A stretch of 63,079 nt of DNA, filler included, from Octopus bimaculoides (Eukaryota): the NCBI RefSeq assembly GCF_001194135.2. It is 4 parts of 4 records of this genome, joined end to end, with 100 filler letters (N's around TTAATTAATTAA, not from the genome) between each part and the next. Parts side by side here need not be neighbours in the genome. Positions count along the whole stretch, not along the records: positions 1 to 26,983 come from NC_068993.1; 3 more parts are not named here. The stretch is one strand, 5' to 3'. Below the pieces are notes generated by a model, which worked only from the letters and a program-made list of their open reading frames with translations, was not told where the DNA came from and did not search any database. Below, in pieces: positions 13,680-25,724 of this stretch; position 1 is the first letter of the stretch, and each line of letters starts with the position of its first letter. Position numbers and translations under genes: made by a program.

Positions 13680-13819
13680 ATGTGTGTGTATACAGATAAT
13701 ATACACATACATACATATATATGTATACATAAATATATACCTATATTTATATATATATACATATATACATGTATATACATAAATTTATAGATATATTTAT
13801 ATATGTATATACATATATG

Positions 13820-13904
<85 letters not shown>

Positions 13905-13992
13905 ATATTTATGCATATATATATGTTACATGTATACACACACATATATACATATATATATATATATTTGTATATATACACACACATATATG

Positions 13993-14023
<31 letters not shown>

Positions 14024-14141
14024 ACGTACATATACTATGTATATATCTACATTATGATACTATATANNNNNNNNNNNNNNNNNNNNNNNNNNNNNNNNNN
14101 NNTATATATATATATATATATATACATATACATGTGTGTGC

Positions 14142-14180
<39 letters not shown>

Positions 14181-14181
14181 C

Positions 14182-14213
<32 letters not shown>

Positions 14214-14225
14214 TTATGTATGTAT
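13680..14225. repeat. Compound (TA)n/(TG)n microsatellite
   Basis: Visible directly. Similar tracts at 1-45, 840-975, 2650-2900, 6020-6112, 14500-14830, 27090-27270, 46620-47066, 50560-50782 and 59150-59630. Confidence 0.95.
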
Positions 14226-14632
14226 GAGAGATAGATAATTAATGAAACGGATACATGTATGAAAGAAAACTTGAAATAACGAGTGAAAGCATTAAACGAA
14301 ATTTTTGCCACATATAGAAATGGAAAATGCAATATCTGAAATTCAAAGCTTCAATAGAATCTTTTAAAATTGAAATATGTTAGTGTGAAGAATTGCATAA
14401 AATTGAAATGCGTTACTGTTAAGAAATGTAATAAATGAAAAGAGAAGGCTGAAAGATAAACTTTGAAAATTGAAATATTTGTGTTATTGAAAACTGTAGT
14501 ATACATATGTGTGTGTCTGTATGTGTGTATATGCGTGTGTGTGTGTGTGTGTACGTGTTACGTATATATATATATGTATATACATACATATATATTTATG
14601 TGTATGTATATTTATGTGTGTGTGTGTAAATA

Positions 14633-14671
<39 letters not shown>

Positions 14672-15350
14672 GTATATATATTTATAATATACATTATAAT
14701 CATGCATATATACATATGCCTATTTAAACATATATATGTGTATAAATATATTCACGCGTACACACGCGCACTCACACACACACTCACACATATAAACACA
14801 CACACACACACATACACATATATATATATGAAACAATGAAAGGTTTGTACGTAAAATAGCCATTGCAGAAATAACTGAACCGATATGCTATTACAAATAC
14901 TAGCATATACACGCAGGAGTATGTGTGTGTATGTGTGTATACATGCATAAATACAAATGCATATACATGCGTGTGGCCGTGGGTGTATACATGATTGCAG
15001 GTATGTATAGATAGATAGACGCATATATTGAATTTATTTATTTATGTACGTAAGTATGAATGTATGCCTGCGTATATATGACAAGGAAGGACTTGTATTC
15101 CTAGCGCTCCCATTTCAGAAATAACTGAACCGATATGTTATGTAATTGTGTATGACAGAAATACGGAAAATAAATATTTGTAAACGATGGACTCGCAACT
15201 AAGAGAGAATATGAAAATATTTCTTTGAACAGAACTGAAAGGAAACTTGAAATAAAGAAACATAAATATAAAAAGAGAGATACGATAGGGATATATCCGA
15301 ATGAAGATATGTAAATATATTAAATTACTGAGAATGCAGATGCAAGATTG

Positions 15351-15388
<38 letters not shown>

Positions 15389-16829
15389 AGTGTGTGTATG
15401 TGTGTTTGGAGAAAACGCTGACAAGAGAGATTAGCAAATTCAGGTAGTTGAAAAGATTTTTTTAAAGGAAAAAATATTTGAACGAGAACTGAAAACACGA
15501 ATGTGTATGTATCTGAAAAATTTAGAAGGTACAATTACGAAACTTTAAGTTAGTTACCGAAATACCGGCATGGACATATACACAAAAGCACAAACATTAA
15601 GTTCCCAAAGTAGTTTGCACACCTGAAAGGTTAGCCACATGGCCTCTAATGGGGCATCAAATAGGACTCAGTGCTAACTTTTACTGCTAGGTTGCTATTT
15701 CAAGGCGGAAATCAAGTCTGCACAGAAAGTAAATAATTTTAGTTATAGAAAAATATATGCTTTTCGTATGTATGTATGTATGTATGTATGTATGTATGTA
15801 TGTATGTATGTGTGCATGTGTGTGCAGGCACTCAGACACGCACGTGCGCAGGTGTCTGTGTTTTTACATTCGTGCGTGTCTATATACAGAACAGCAGGCT
15901 GGTTGTCCTGATATTTATTCTGCTAAGATGAAACTACTTGTCGTTCTGACGATTTGATCCTTACATATTCCACATTAGCTTCATTCTTTTACAGAAACGG
16001 CCAGAATTTTCAGGCTTTTCTGCAAATTTGCTGTTGCATATCCAAGTCCAGCCATGATGCTATGTACAAGTGACAGTCTAAAGCTTGGATTCAACAGTTA
16101 TGATTTCTGCGTTTGCTACCCATGAAGTGTATTGTTTCAACATCTTTAGAATCAACATTTACAATCACTTGGCCGCTCTCTCCTTTTTATACAGTAATCG
16201 TTCCTACGGAGAGAATTGTAACTATTTTTTGACGACAATGCCGTCACACATAGGAAAACAGAACGGTAAATCTGATTTATGTATGTACATATGCACATAC
16301 ATAAATCAGACATACCTGCTTAAGGTACATATGCACATACCCATATTAATGAAGACGCACAAATACATGTTCGCACACAAACACGCGCACTCTTGAAATT
16401 TTAATATGCTCCTTTCGGAATCACTACGTTACATTCTAAGTTAAAGTTGCTTTGAGCATGTGTTTTATGACAAAGCCATGGGCCAATACAAACTTTAAGA
16501 GAGAAAAAGGATAAATTAGTAACCCTCCGACAGCCTATCAGGGGAAATATGGCTATAATTCGAAAGACTCAGTTTGTCTCGTTGTTCTGAGAATTAAATT
16601 AAGCGTACACGGGTCTCGGGAATACCCACCAACTTACACATTAATAATATAAAGAGTGTATCGCTGTTTTATTTCAACTGTATTCTTACTCTATTCTTAA
16701 AATTACTTATTTTTCAGAAAGACATTTTAAAAAAAAATCTTAATGCAGGGGAGAGCAATCAGTACAGAATATAAAAGCTTTGAGTTGAAACGCAACTTGT
16801 ATTTGAGATAACTAAGAAAACATAGCAAC

Positions 16830-17500
16830 TGGAATATTCCTAGCCCCTTCAAAAGCTTTTGACAATGTGTATCATGATAGGCTATCTTCTAAATGAAATC
16901 AGTAAGGTACTAGGGATGAAGCACATCAAAACTTCCACACATACTACAGTCACTGGTTACTCAGTGACTAGTCATTTAGTCACTAGTAAATATCATTTAA
17001 CTGATTACAATAGTAAAATACAATTTCATCTTTCTCATTGCATTGGTTTTGCCTAAGGTTCCATTCTAAGACCCATCTGATTTCTTATATATATATATGA
17101 ACAACATTCTCTATAGCCTGAAAAATTACTTGTTTATATTCAATATGGCAGGAATATATAGCTAATTTCTTATATTGTTCCTGTAGTCTAAGATAGAACA
17201 CGTACAAGCTCTTCAAATAAACAATGAATTTTAAATATATCAATTTGGCTAACAGAGACTAAGATTTCGCTTTACGTCTCAAAAGCTAAATATACGCTCA
17301 TTTATCTTCATCGGAAAGACATTTCCCTCGGAATCAATCCAGCAGCTTGAAATTGACAGTAATAGAATATAATATGTTGACCATTTGAAATATCTAGAAA
17401 TCATTGTTGATAAGAATCTTAAACGGAAACCACGTATCGATCTGACCTGCAGGCGAATAATCAGTGTACTATTGGTATCTTATCTCGCACAAATATTATT
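16830..17500 (+). pseudogene. CR1/L2-like LINE reverse transcriptase fragment, decayed
   Basis: GIFLAPSKAFDNVYHD (DLSKAFDTV.H), GLP*GSILRPI*FLIY (GVPQGSILGP), WLTETKISLYVSKAK and LKYLEIIVDKNL. Confidence 0.65.
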
Positions 17501-18834
17501 TTCCTGGACATGTGTTATTAAACATACATCAAACTCATATTAGTTGTCGTCTATAGCAGAGTTTCTCATGGAGGGGAGGGGAGGATTAAGAATGAGGAAG
17601 GCCGAATTGTTATGTTTGATAAAATTAAGATGGTTTATACTAAAATTTCGTCTTATCTATAGTTCATGGTGACAATATATTTTGTCTTTTCGATAGTAAA
17701 TAGGGAGAGCAAAAACTCCATAGACTTTTTTAGCTGTTTGTTTTGAGAAGCATTTATGTTGAATATGGTATAATATTCTAATGTCACCATTCTGGTAAAA
17801 CTGAAAATTTACGAAGACCATTTGGACTAGCCTAAATCGTTTTGGTCCCAACCTGTTCAGTTCTCTGATACAAACTTCCTGTTTTTGAAGTGGTTTAAAT
17901 TAAAGCCTTTCATTAAAATTTCATGTTTAATTTATGCTCCAAACAACAACTTAATAATGACAATATTTTTTTTTACTAATTTCTTTATTATTTTCAAAAT
18001 TAATTGAAACAGAGGCAATTTATTTCATAAACAAAAGCGTTAAATGGTGTTGGGGCGGGGATACGTACTGATTTTTNNNNNNNNNNTTTTTTTTTTTTTC
18101 ATTGCAGTGGTTCTCAATGTTTTACGGCTCATAGACCCTTTTACAGGATGGTGCTTTATAAACGCTTCTTGGTGTTTAACAGAAACAAAAACCACGTTAT
18201 TTTAATCAAACACAGACTCTGGTTTCTTATCCGTGTGCATTTATACTATCCCGTCCGTGTGCTTATTTTTCTGTGTGTGTATGTGGGCGCCCGCGCGTTT
18301 CTGTGTGTTCTGTATTTAGGTAGATGTTTGAGTGGATCTGTACCCATTATTTTAAATTTCTAGGAAAATTACTAAAACAAAAAGCGCAGCACTTACATAA
18401 TGAAATTATTATTGGACCTTAGCACATCATTAACCATGTTTCTGTTCACTGATGACGTAATTTTCTTCTTACATTTTAATCATGAAAATGTCTTTTATCT
18501 TTTAAAAATGTGGTTAAACTGTAAGTGCTGTAAAAGATGTAAATATTTTATTTCTAAACAAATTTACAGCCTTCTCAACACGCAGCACTTTCCATAGCAT
18601 TCCGTTAACGTATGACCCCGTTCCAAAGCGAACCCATTGTAAACCCCGTCGTGTGTGTTACCGCCAAGGTTAATGACCGCTACTCTATAGTAATTTTCAC
18701 GTTTAAAAGTTCGAAGACATGTATAAACTTGCAAAGATCAAAACCTACAATTATTTCCTTCTTGGCTGGTATTTTGCCAAAATTTCTTTCGACTCTAGAG
18801 TTATCAAACAGTCGAACAACTAATAACAAATACT

Positions 18835-19014
18835 TGATTCAAATTTTGGTACAAGGCCATCAGTTTTAGGGGGGAAGAGGTTAGTCTATTACATCGACCC
18901 CGGAGGGGTGACACAGAAAGTTGACCTCTGCGGGATTTGAATTCAGAACATAAAATAAAAAATACTATTAAGTATCATTTTGTGCGATGCATTAACGATT
19001 CTACCAATACGCCT
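18835..19014 (-). mobile_element. SINE family A, decayed
   Basis: TTTTGGTACAAGGCC...ACATCGACCCC...ATTTGAATTCAGAAC. Confidence 0.75.
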
Positions 19015-19035
19015 CTTTTATCTAAGTACAAATAA

Positions 19036-19349
19036 AAACGATAAACGTCACCCTTTCAAAGCCTCGCCAGGCTCATGAGCCCGGTTTCCCGGTTTCTATG
19101 GCGCATGTGTTTCCCCCAGCTGGACGGGACACCAGTCCATCGCAGCGTTACACAAGAAACAGGAAGAAAGAGTGAGAGAAAGTTGGGGCGAAAGAGTACA
19201 ACACCGGTCGCCACCACCCCCTGTCGGAGCCTCGTGGGGCTCAGGTGTTTTCGCTCAATAAACACTCACAACGCCTGGTTTGGGAATCGAAACCGCGATC
19301 CTCCAGCCGCGAGTCTGCTACCCTGAGCACTGGGCCATTGCGACTCCAC
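19036..19349 (-). mobile_element. tRNA-derived SINE with the family-B head and a different 3' module, full length with TSD
   Basis: Head and body match family B up to CCTGTTTCT, then GCGATGGACTGGTGTCCCGTCCAG...GAAACCGGG. The 16-bp TSD ATCTAAGTACAAATAA lies at 19020-19035 and 19350-19365. Confidence 0.9.
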
Positions 19350-20399
19350 ATCTAAGTACAAATAATGGAATCAAATTTTTTGGAAAAAGGCTAACAATTT
19401 CAGAGGAGTAGACAAGTCCATCTCAAAGTTCTACAGTTACATACTTTTTATCGCCACCGAAATTACGTAAAAGAAAGTCGGAATTTGATATCTGAATACA
19501 AATTATGCAAACAATATTAAAAATAGCAATATGCAGTCAAGATCCTTTCTCGATGTTGGTATTCCTAATGAGATAAACCCACTCAAAATTGACATCCCTC
19601 AACTTTTCAATGAATTTCAAAAATTTTTTTTTTTTTTAAATCATAAAAATCAACACAGTAAACATGGCATTTCACTTTGAAAGAGACATTATCGCATCTT
19701 CCTCGTTCGTTTGAATCAGAAATTAACTCTTATCTCTCTACGCTTTATCATTTATATGGTATTCGCAATTAGATTATAGCTCGTACGTTATAGAAAACTT
19801 TACATATCAGTATTTTGAAACCATCTTTTAATCTGATACTTTTATTAGATATTAGGATCTTTTTTTCTTTCTTTTTTGTCCAAGATATACTAAGCACAAG
19901 AGCATTTTGATGCACAGCAGCAGCCATTTCTGGCGTTTGGTCATTGATCCTCGACCACAGTTACTATGTTTTGTGTTTGCTCCGTATCTATGTTCTATGT
20001 ATTTACGTTTATAACAAATAGTGTATATATGTACATGTATGCGTTTGTATGTATACACACGCAACATGTATATATTTGTGTGTGCGTATTTGTGAGTATG
20101 TAAAATACACATGCACATACTGGAAAGCAAAATGCAAACAAACACAAGTGAATACTTCGTAATTAGTCTGATAGCAGTAGTTTTCTTTAAAAATTGCTTC
20201 ATAAACAAATCAAATGTAACAAATATTTCGTGGAAAAGGTAATTCAAACTGCTTAAACGAAAAACATTGTTACTCACAAGGTGTACCCACATTAGTTTTA
20301 CCAAAGTGTTCGTATAAATTCATAGAAATTAAAGCTGCATTGGGCTAGGATGCTAAGTCAGTACTGGGAAAGAAACAACGAAATGAGTCAGCGACCACT

Positions 20400-20841
20400 G
20401 ACGATATGAAGTGAAGAAAATAAGCGGGAATGTACCTTGAGAATTGTATTACTTATTAAAATTGGTGGAACACTCCAATAAGAACAGCAATGAATTCAGT
20501 ACAAGCATAACAAAGCTGATATTGTTCTGAGGGACAGGGAGCGAAAATCATGCACTGTGGTAGAGACTAGCTGACCAGCTGATGAGAATGTACCATCAAA
20601 AGTCCAAGAAAAGAAAATATATGGTGAATTAATGCGGAGCTCACAGCTCTTGTACCTTGACAAAGAATTCTCATTTGTACCTATCATCACAGGTGCATTA
20701 GGTTATGTTCCTACAAATTTCCTCAAGATCCTAGAAATACTAAGGTTTTCGAAGAAAGAGCAAAAGAATCTGGTGTGGTTTCTCCAAATCCAGTCTATTA
20801 GTGCTTCAGTGAAGACTTCCAAAGAACCTCCGCCTGAGACA
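20400..20841 (+). pseudogene. Restriction-like endonuclease domain of an R4/NeSL-type non-LTR retrotransposon, decayed
   Basis: WWNTPIRT, HNKADIVLRDRERKSCTVVETS, EK..YGEL and FVPIITGALG match the PD-(D/E)xK C-terminus of early-branching non-LTR elements. Confidence 0.6.
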
Positions 20842-20849
20842 CTTTAGGT

Positions 20850-21140
20850 CAGGAGTCGGGGAACATTTTAAAACCAATTATCCCAAAATATGTTTATTTA
20901 CGCCGACGTTACCCACCCTGGTTTGAAAAGAAGATCATAGATTCATTGAATTCAAAAGCTTCATTGAATCTATTCACACATCCATTACACTGGACAGATG
21001 CAATGTTACCAGAAGAAAACTTTTTGTCGTAACCAGGAATACATTTTTATGTAATTTTACTTATGTCTAATGCGTCATTACCCCCAAGAATTTCATTTTT
21101 ACCCCACTTGGGGCAATTTACTGTGGTTCGCTGACCCCTG
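20850..21140. mobile_element. hAT (Charlie-like) MITE, complete, 291 bp
   Basis: TIRs CAGGAGTCGGGGAAC / GGTTCGCTGACCCCTG and a perfect 8-bp TSD CTTTAGGT at 20842-20849 and 21141-21148. Confidence 0.9.
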
Positions 21141-21660
21141 CTTTAGGTTAATACGGACGTGTATATATCGACAGCTCAACCAATGCACCAACTCAGATAC
21201 ATATTTACAAACGCCGGGAACATTCTGGATTCAAAAATTTTGTAGCTTTGCAAGCAATCGGCTTCAACTCTCCTAAGTTAAATAAAACTCAGAGAAAAAT
21301 CCTACGAATATACATACATATAAAGAAAACTGCATGCATATATGCGAGTGTGGTGTACGAGCGTGTGAATGTGTGCGTGTGTCTAATTGAGCCATCTTAA
21401 TTTGATACCTAATAATTGCATAATTCGATTAATTAACTTTTCAAAATACCAAACTATTTAGTCTGAACTGTATCTAAAATTGACCAGTTACTTGTAATGC
21501 AAATTAATTCAATTCGGGTTAATTACGTAAACATTTTACCGAAATCAAGTAAAATTGCAGCAAAATATAGCATAAAACTAAAAATTCCATTTGATATGAA
21601 ATGTCTCTGGAAGTTTCCGTTTTCGTGACGAATTCACATAAAAGTAGTCAATATTCCCCG

Positions 21661-21992
21661 CTTTCTGTTTACTTGCTTTGGTCGTTGAACTGCTGCCATG
21701 CCAAGACATTGCCATGAAAAGGGCTTAGTCGAAAAATGTCGATACTGATACTATATTTTTAAGTGCTGTATACGATTATGACTACCCGTCTGATAAGGGT
21801 ACGTCAGGCACATGAATCACAAACATATACGAAGGGCTTCTTTCAGTTTCCGTCTACCAAATCCACTCACAAGGCTTTGGTCGGCTCGAAGCTATAGTAG
21901 AAGACACTTGCCCAAGATACCATGCCGTGGGACTGAAGCCGGAACCATGTGGCTGGTAAGCAAGTTACTTACCACACAGCTACTCCTGCGTC
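21661..21992 (-). mobile_element. SINE family C
   Basis: Sense head GCAGGAGTAGCTGTGTGGTAAG...GGTTCCGGCTTCAGTCCC followed by a CORE-like TCTTGGGCAAGTGTCTT. Confidence 0.85.
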
Positions 21993-22004
21993 TTTACGCT
22001 TATT

Positions 22005-22011
22005 ATTATTA

Positions 22012-22073
<62 letters not shown>

Positions 22074-22333
22074 TTATGTTTGACTTTTGTTTTGCATTTA
22101 TACAAGTTGGATCCAAGTCTCAACCAGAGACCTTAAGAGACAACAAGTTAGAAGTTCATGTAGGTGTTATGCCTAGGGTACCATATATTTGGATTTGTAC
22201 AGTTTTGTTCTANNNNNNNNNNATCTTTTGAACTTCAGCCATTTTGGGGTTTCCTGGTATCTGAGCTAGGTAGTAATCAGCCCGTTTCGCTGTCATTCCC
22301 TGGGCACCTATGACAATAGGTATTGTTTTCGTC

Positions 22334-22400
<67 letters not shown>
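22005..22400. repeat. Two (TTA)n microsatellites (22005-22075 and 22335-22400)
   Basis: Visible directly. Confidence 0.95.
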
Positions 22401-23056
22401 GTGCATGAATTTTATTACCCGGAAGTATGAATCTAGTTAAGACTTTTCAATTGAAAAGTAGAAAAAAAAATAATAGAATAAAAAAAAGAAAACTGATAGG
22501 GGTTACATTAAACGACGGTCATGCCGCTACGTATCAATAAAATACAGTCCCAACTGAGTGGAACATAAAAAAATTATGTGTACCTTAAGCGTACTGTAGG
22601 TAATAACACGTTTTAATCTTGTTTTATAATACACCGTATTTCCCGTCTTTTAATAACTTATAAGTCATAAGACACACTCCTTAATTAACAAGGTATATTA
22701 TAGAGAAAAAAAAGGCAAACTTTTTCACGGTTTATGGCCATATTATCAAAGATTTATGTAGTAAAGATATCTAATTTAAAACAAAATAGCTGTGCATTTA
22801 TTACAAAGTTTTATTACACCGCTACCGGATATGACCACAACCAAATCGTTCGCAGTGTTTGTCGACATTCCAGCTAACTGTGCTGGCATTTCAAATGTAT
22901 TGCGAGTTGGTTACCCTCATTGATCTTCCGGCAGTATCAATGGTGTAACCATGGCCCCATTATATTTTAGAAATGTGTGAGGGAATGTGTCAGTAAAAAA
23001 AGGAAGAAAGAAGAGAGGGATCCCTTACCTCTCTATAATAAAGAATTATTTTGATG

Positions 23057-23235
23057 TGGTTTCCAATTTTGGTACAAGGCTAGCGATTTCGAAGAAGGGG
23101 CTTAGTAGATTACATCGATCCGAAAAGGATGAAAGGAAAAGTCGACTTCGGAGGAATTTGAACTCTGAACGTAAAGACGGACGAAATGCCGCTAAGCATT
23201 TTGTTAGGAGTGCTGCTGATTCTGCTAGCTCGCCG
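23057..23235 (-). mobile_element. SINE family A
   Basis: CCGAAAAGGATGAAAGGAAAAGTCGACTTCGGAGGAATTTGAACTC...GCCGCTAAGCATTT. Confidence 0.85.
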
Positions 23236-23484
23236 GTAATTTCCCGGTCATTTTACGACTGTTTAGTTGAGTGTCTGTGAAATCTAATATGCATAAACAC
23301 GTCGATCATCACAACAACACCGTTGCAAATGCTAACCGAATCTGGATAATTGCTATCTTCAAACAGAAATATTATTTTTGGCACCATATAACTGATTCTA
23401 ATTCTTTTAAAGTCTCGGTTACTGTGTCTTTTCACCTAGATGTCCATGGCGACTTCATCCATTGACATATAAAATGACAGTCCG

Positions 23485-23630
23485 TCGGTTATAAGGATGA
23501 GAGTTCCCGTTGATCCGATCAACGGAACAACCTGCTTGTGGAATTAACGTGCAAGCTGCTGAGCAGTCCACAGACGTGCCCTTAACGTAGTTCTCAGGAA
23601 AATTCAGCGTAACACGGAATGAGACAAGAC
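23485..23630 (-). mobile_element. SINE family B, 3' half
   Basis: CCGTTGATCCGATCAACGGAACAACCTGCTTGTGGAATTAACGTGCAAG matches the family B tail. Confidence 0.8.
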
Positions 23631-24390
23631 CGAGCCAGTTGAGTGGACTGGAGCAACGTGAACCTTCTTTTCAAACTGAACCTTCTTTTCAAGCACAAAC
23701 TGAAAGAAAGCATTATCGTCTTAACATCTGAGTGAATTATTTGATCGCGGGGCCTCTAAGTGTTGAAAGATGTCGCATCTGAAAGTGAACTGAATGAAAG
23801 AATAAAAGAATAACCTAAAGACACGTGGTCGGGTGGATTTAAGAAAGAAAAGCAAGAAGTGCAAAAAATATGGAAAACTGCGCAGAAAGAACATATTTCC
23901 ATGCACCCAAATACTCTGTAATTGTGAGTAAAAACCGTTTTTTTTTGTTTTTTTTTTTCAGTTGGCTTCTTTAAATTCAAGAACCATAATAGTCAGTGAT
24001 TTGAGTGAGGTTGGTTAGCGTGAAGCAACGAGAGATAAAATTTTGTTTTCAAGTCAATTGTTTGGAAAATATGGAGTTAGTAGCACATCAGCTTCGATGG
24101 TCGAACTTAAAATAATGGAGAAAATTACTTGACAGTAAGCTTGATCATGAGCATAAAAACCAATAAATTATATTATGTTTAAACAAATGCATAAGGACAT
24201 TCACTGCGTGATTATATTGTAGCAAAGACGGCCAGCGAAATGTATGATATTCATAGGGGGTGGGCTGCAAGGACTAAATACTGGGTAAATAAATCGTATT
24301 CCGGAAAATTAAAACGATTTTAAATTTTCATTTAATTTTATATTTGGTGAAGATAGATGTAATANNNNNNNNNNNNNNNNNNNNNNNNNN

Positions 24391-24402
24391 CTCTTCCGAT
24401 CT
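24391..24402 (+). other. Illumina adapter remnant CTCTTCCGATCT (assembly artefact)
   Basis: Exact 3' end of the Illumina adapter at the first base after an N gap, followed by a re-read of the 24 bp preceding the gap. Confidence 0.85.
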
Positions 24403-25502
24403 ATTTGGTGAAGATAGATGTAATATATTGATACAAACTTTTTTTCTTTCTTAACAGAGAACGGGAAGGAAACAAAAGACTTTTCCTTTCTTTTTCGTTG
24501 AACTTGGTGTCTGATTGTGATGCACTGCTCTAGACTGATTTATTATACAAGCTAATTGACATGATTTTAACTTAAGGAGAAACGGTACTAGCATACAAGC
24601 AACTCCATATCTTTTTGGTGACGTACACATTAACAAATTCTTGGTGTTGTCTAAACTTTTATCGCATTAGAATCTCCTACTTAAAACAGAAGTTAGGAAG
24701 AAATCCAAGAACAAGTAGACAGGTTGCAAACATGTGGTTTATCAGCCGGATCATTAAATTAATTCCTTTCCCTTTGCTCTGATCCCGTTCTAAAACACAT
24801 ATATTCAGAAAGATCAAAGACAAAATATTATTCAATAATAGTTGATGTAACACCTGGTCCCATACATATTAAGCAAATAACACTTATTTGCTATCAAAGC
24901 ATAGATTGTAAGTTTAAGATTCAAGAATGATTTCTGTCTTTTGAAGAATTTGCAAACCTGATAAAGGAAACATTGTGTAAAAATAGAGATCTCTTCGAAT
25001 ATTGCAGGAACTGAGGTGTCAATATGGCAGCGAAGTACAAAAGAACGCAAAGGTTATGAATGAAAATCCTCCCGCTATTCTATCACAATATGATTGTTAT
25101 ATATTGAATTTGTGTGATGCGAATTCAGCAAAATGTGAAGTACTTCTGAAGCAGTCATCGGTTTCAGGAATACCGAGTGTGTCAATAATATATTTTCCTA
25201 TTGACCAAAAAGAAGGTGAAACATTGCAACACGCACAGATTGCTAATTAATATATCGTATGTGAACTCCACGGTGATCATTTAGATTCGGCAATTTGAAA
25301 TTATTTGTACCAGATATCTACACGTCGTACAAAATGTCCTGAAACTTAATCAAATACCAACGGACAGAAACCAAGTTATAAGAGCAATTAAATATATATC
25401 TACATATTCTGTTCTAGAAATATATTTGTCATTTATCTGGTTCGACGTTTTGCTTCACTTTACATCAGCAACATGGAATTACAGGCAGGTGATATCACTG
25501 AT

Positions 25503-25724
25503 GGTATTGGTTTCAAATTTTGGCACAAGGCCAGCAATTTCGAAGCAGGTGCTAAGTAGATTACATCGGCCCCCAGTGTTCAGCTGGGACTTATTTTACC
25601 GAAGCCCGAAAGGATGAAAGATAAAGTCAACATCAGCGGAATTTTAATCAGAATGTAAAGACGGTTGATATGCTGCTAAGCATTTCTGTCCAGTCTGCTA
25701 ACGAGTCAACCAGCTCGTCGCCTT
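25503..25724 (-). mobile_element. SINE family A
   Basis: TTGGTTTCAAATTTTGGCACAAGGCCAGCAA...CCCGAAAGGATGAAAG...CAGCTCGTCGCC. Confidence 0.85.

Noticed and set aside
19852-20304. 150-aa minus-strand ORF
   Set aside because: Crosses (CA/TA)-rich low-complexity DNA, has no recognisable domain and starts at a TTG.
24340-24425. 24-bp direct repeat across the gap
   Set aside because: The second copy follows an Illumina adapter tail, so it is an unmerged read overlap.
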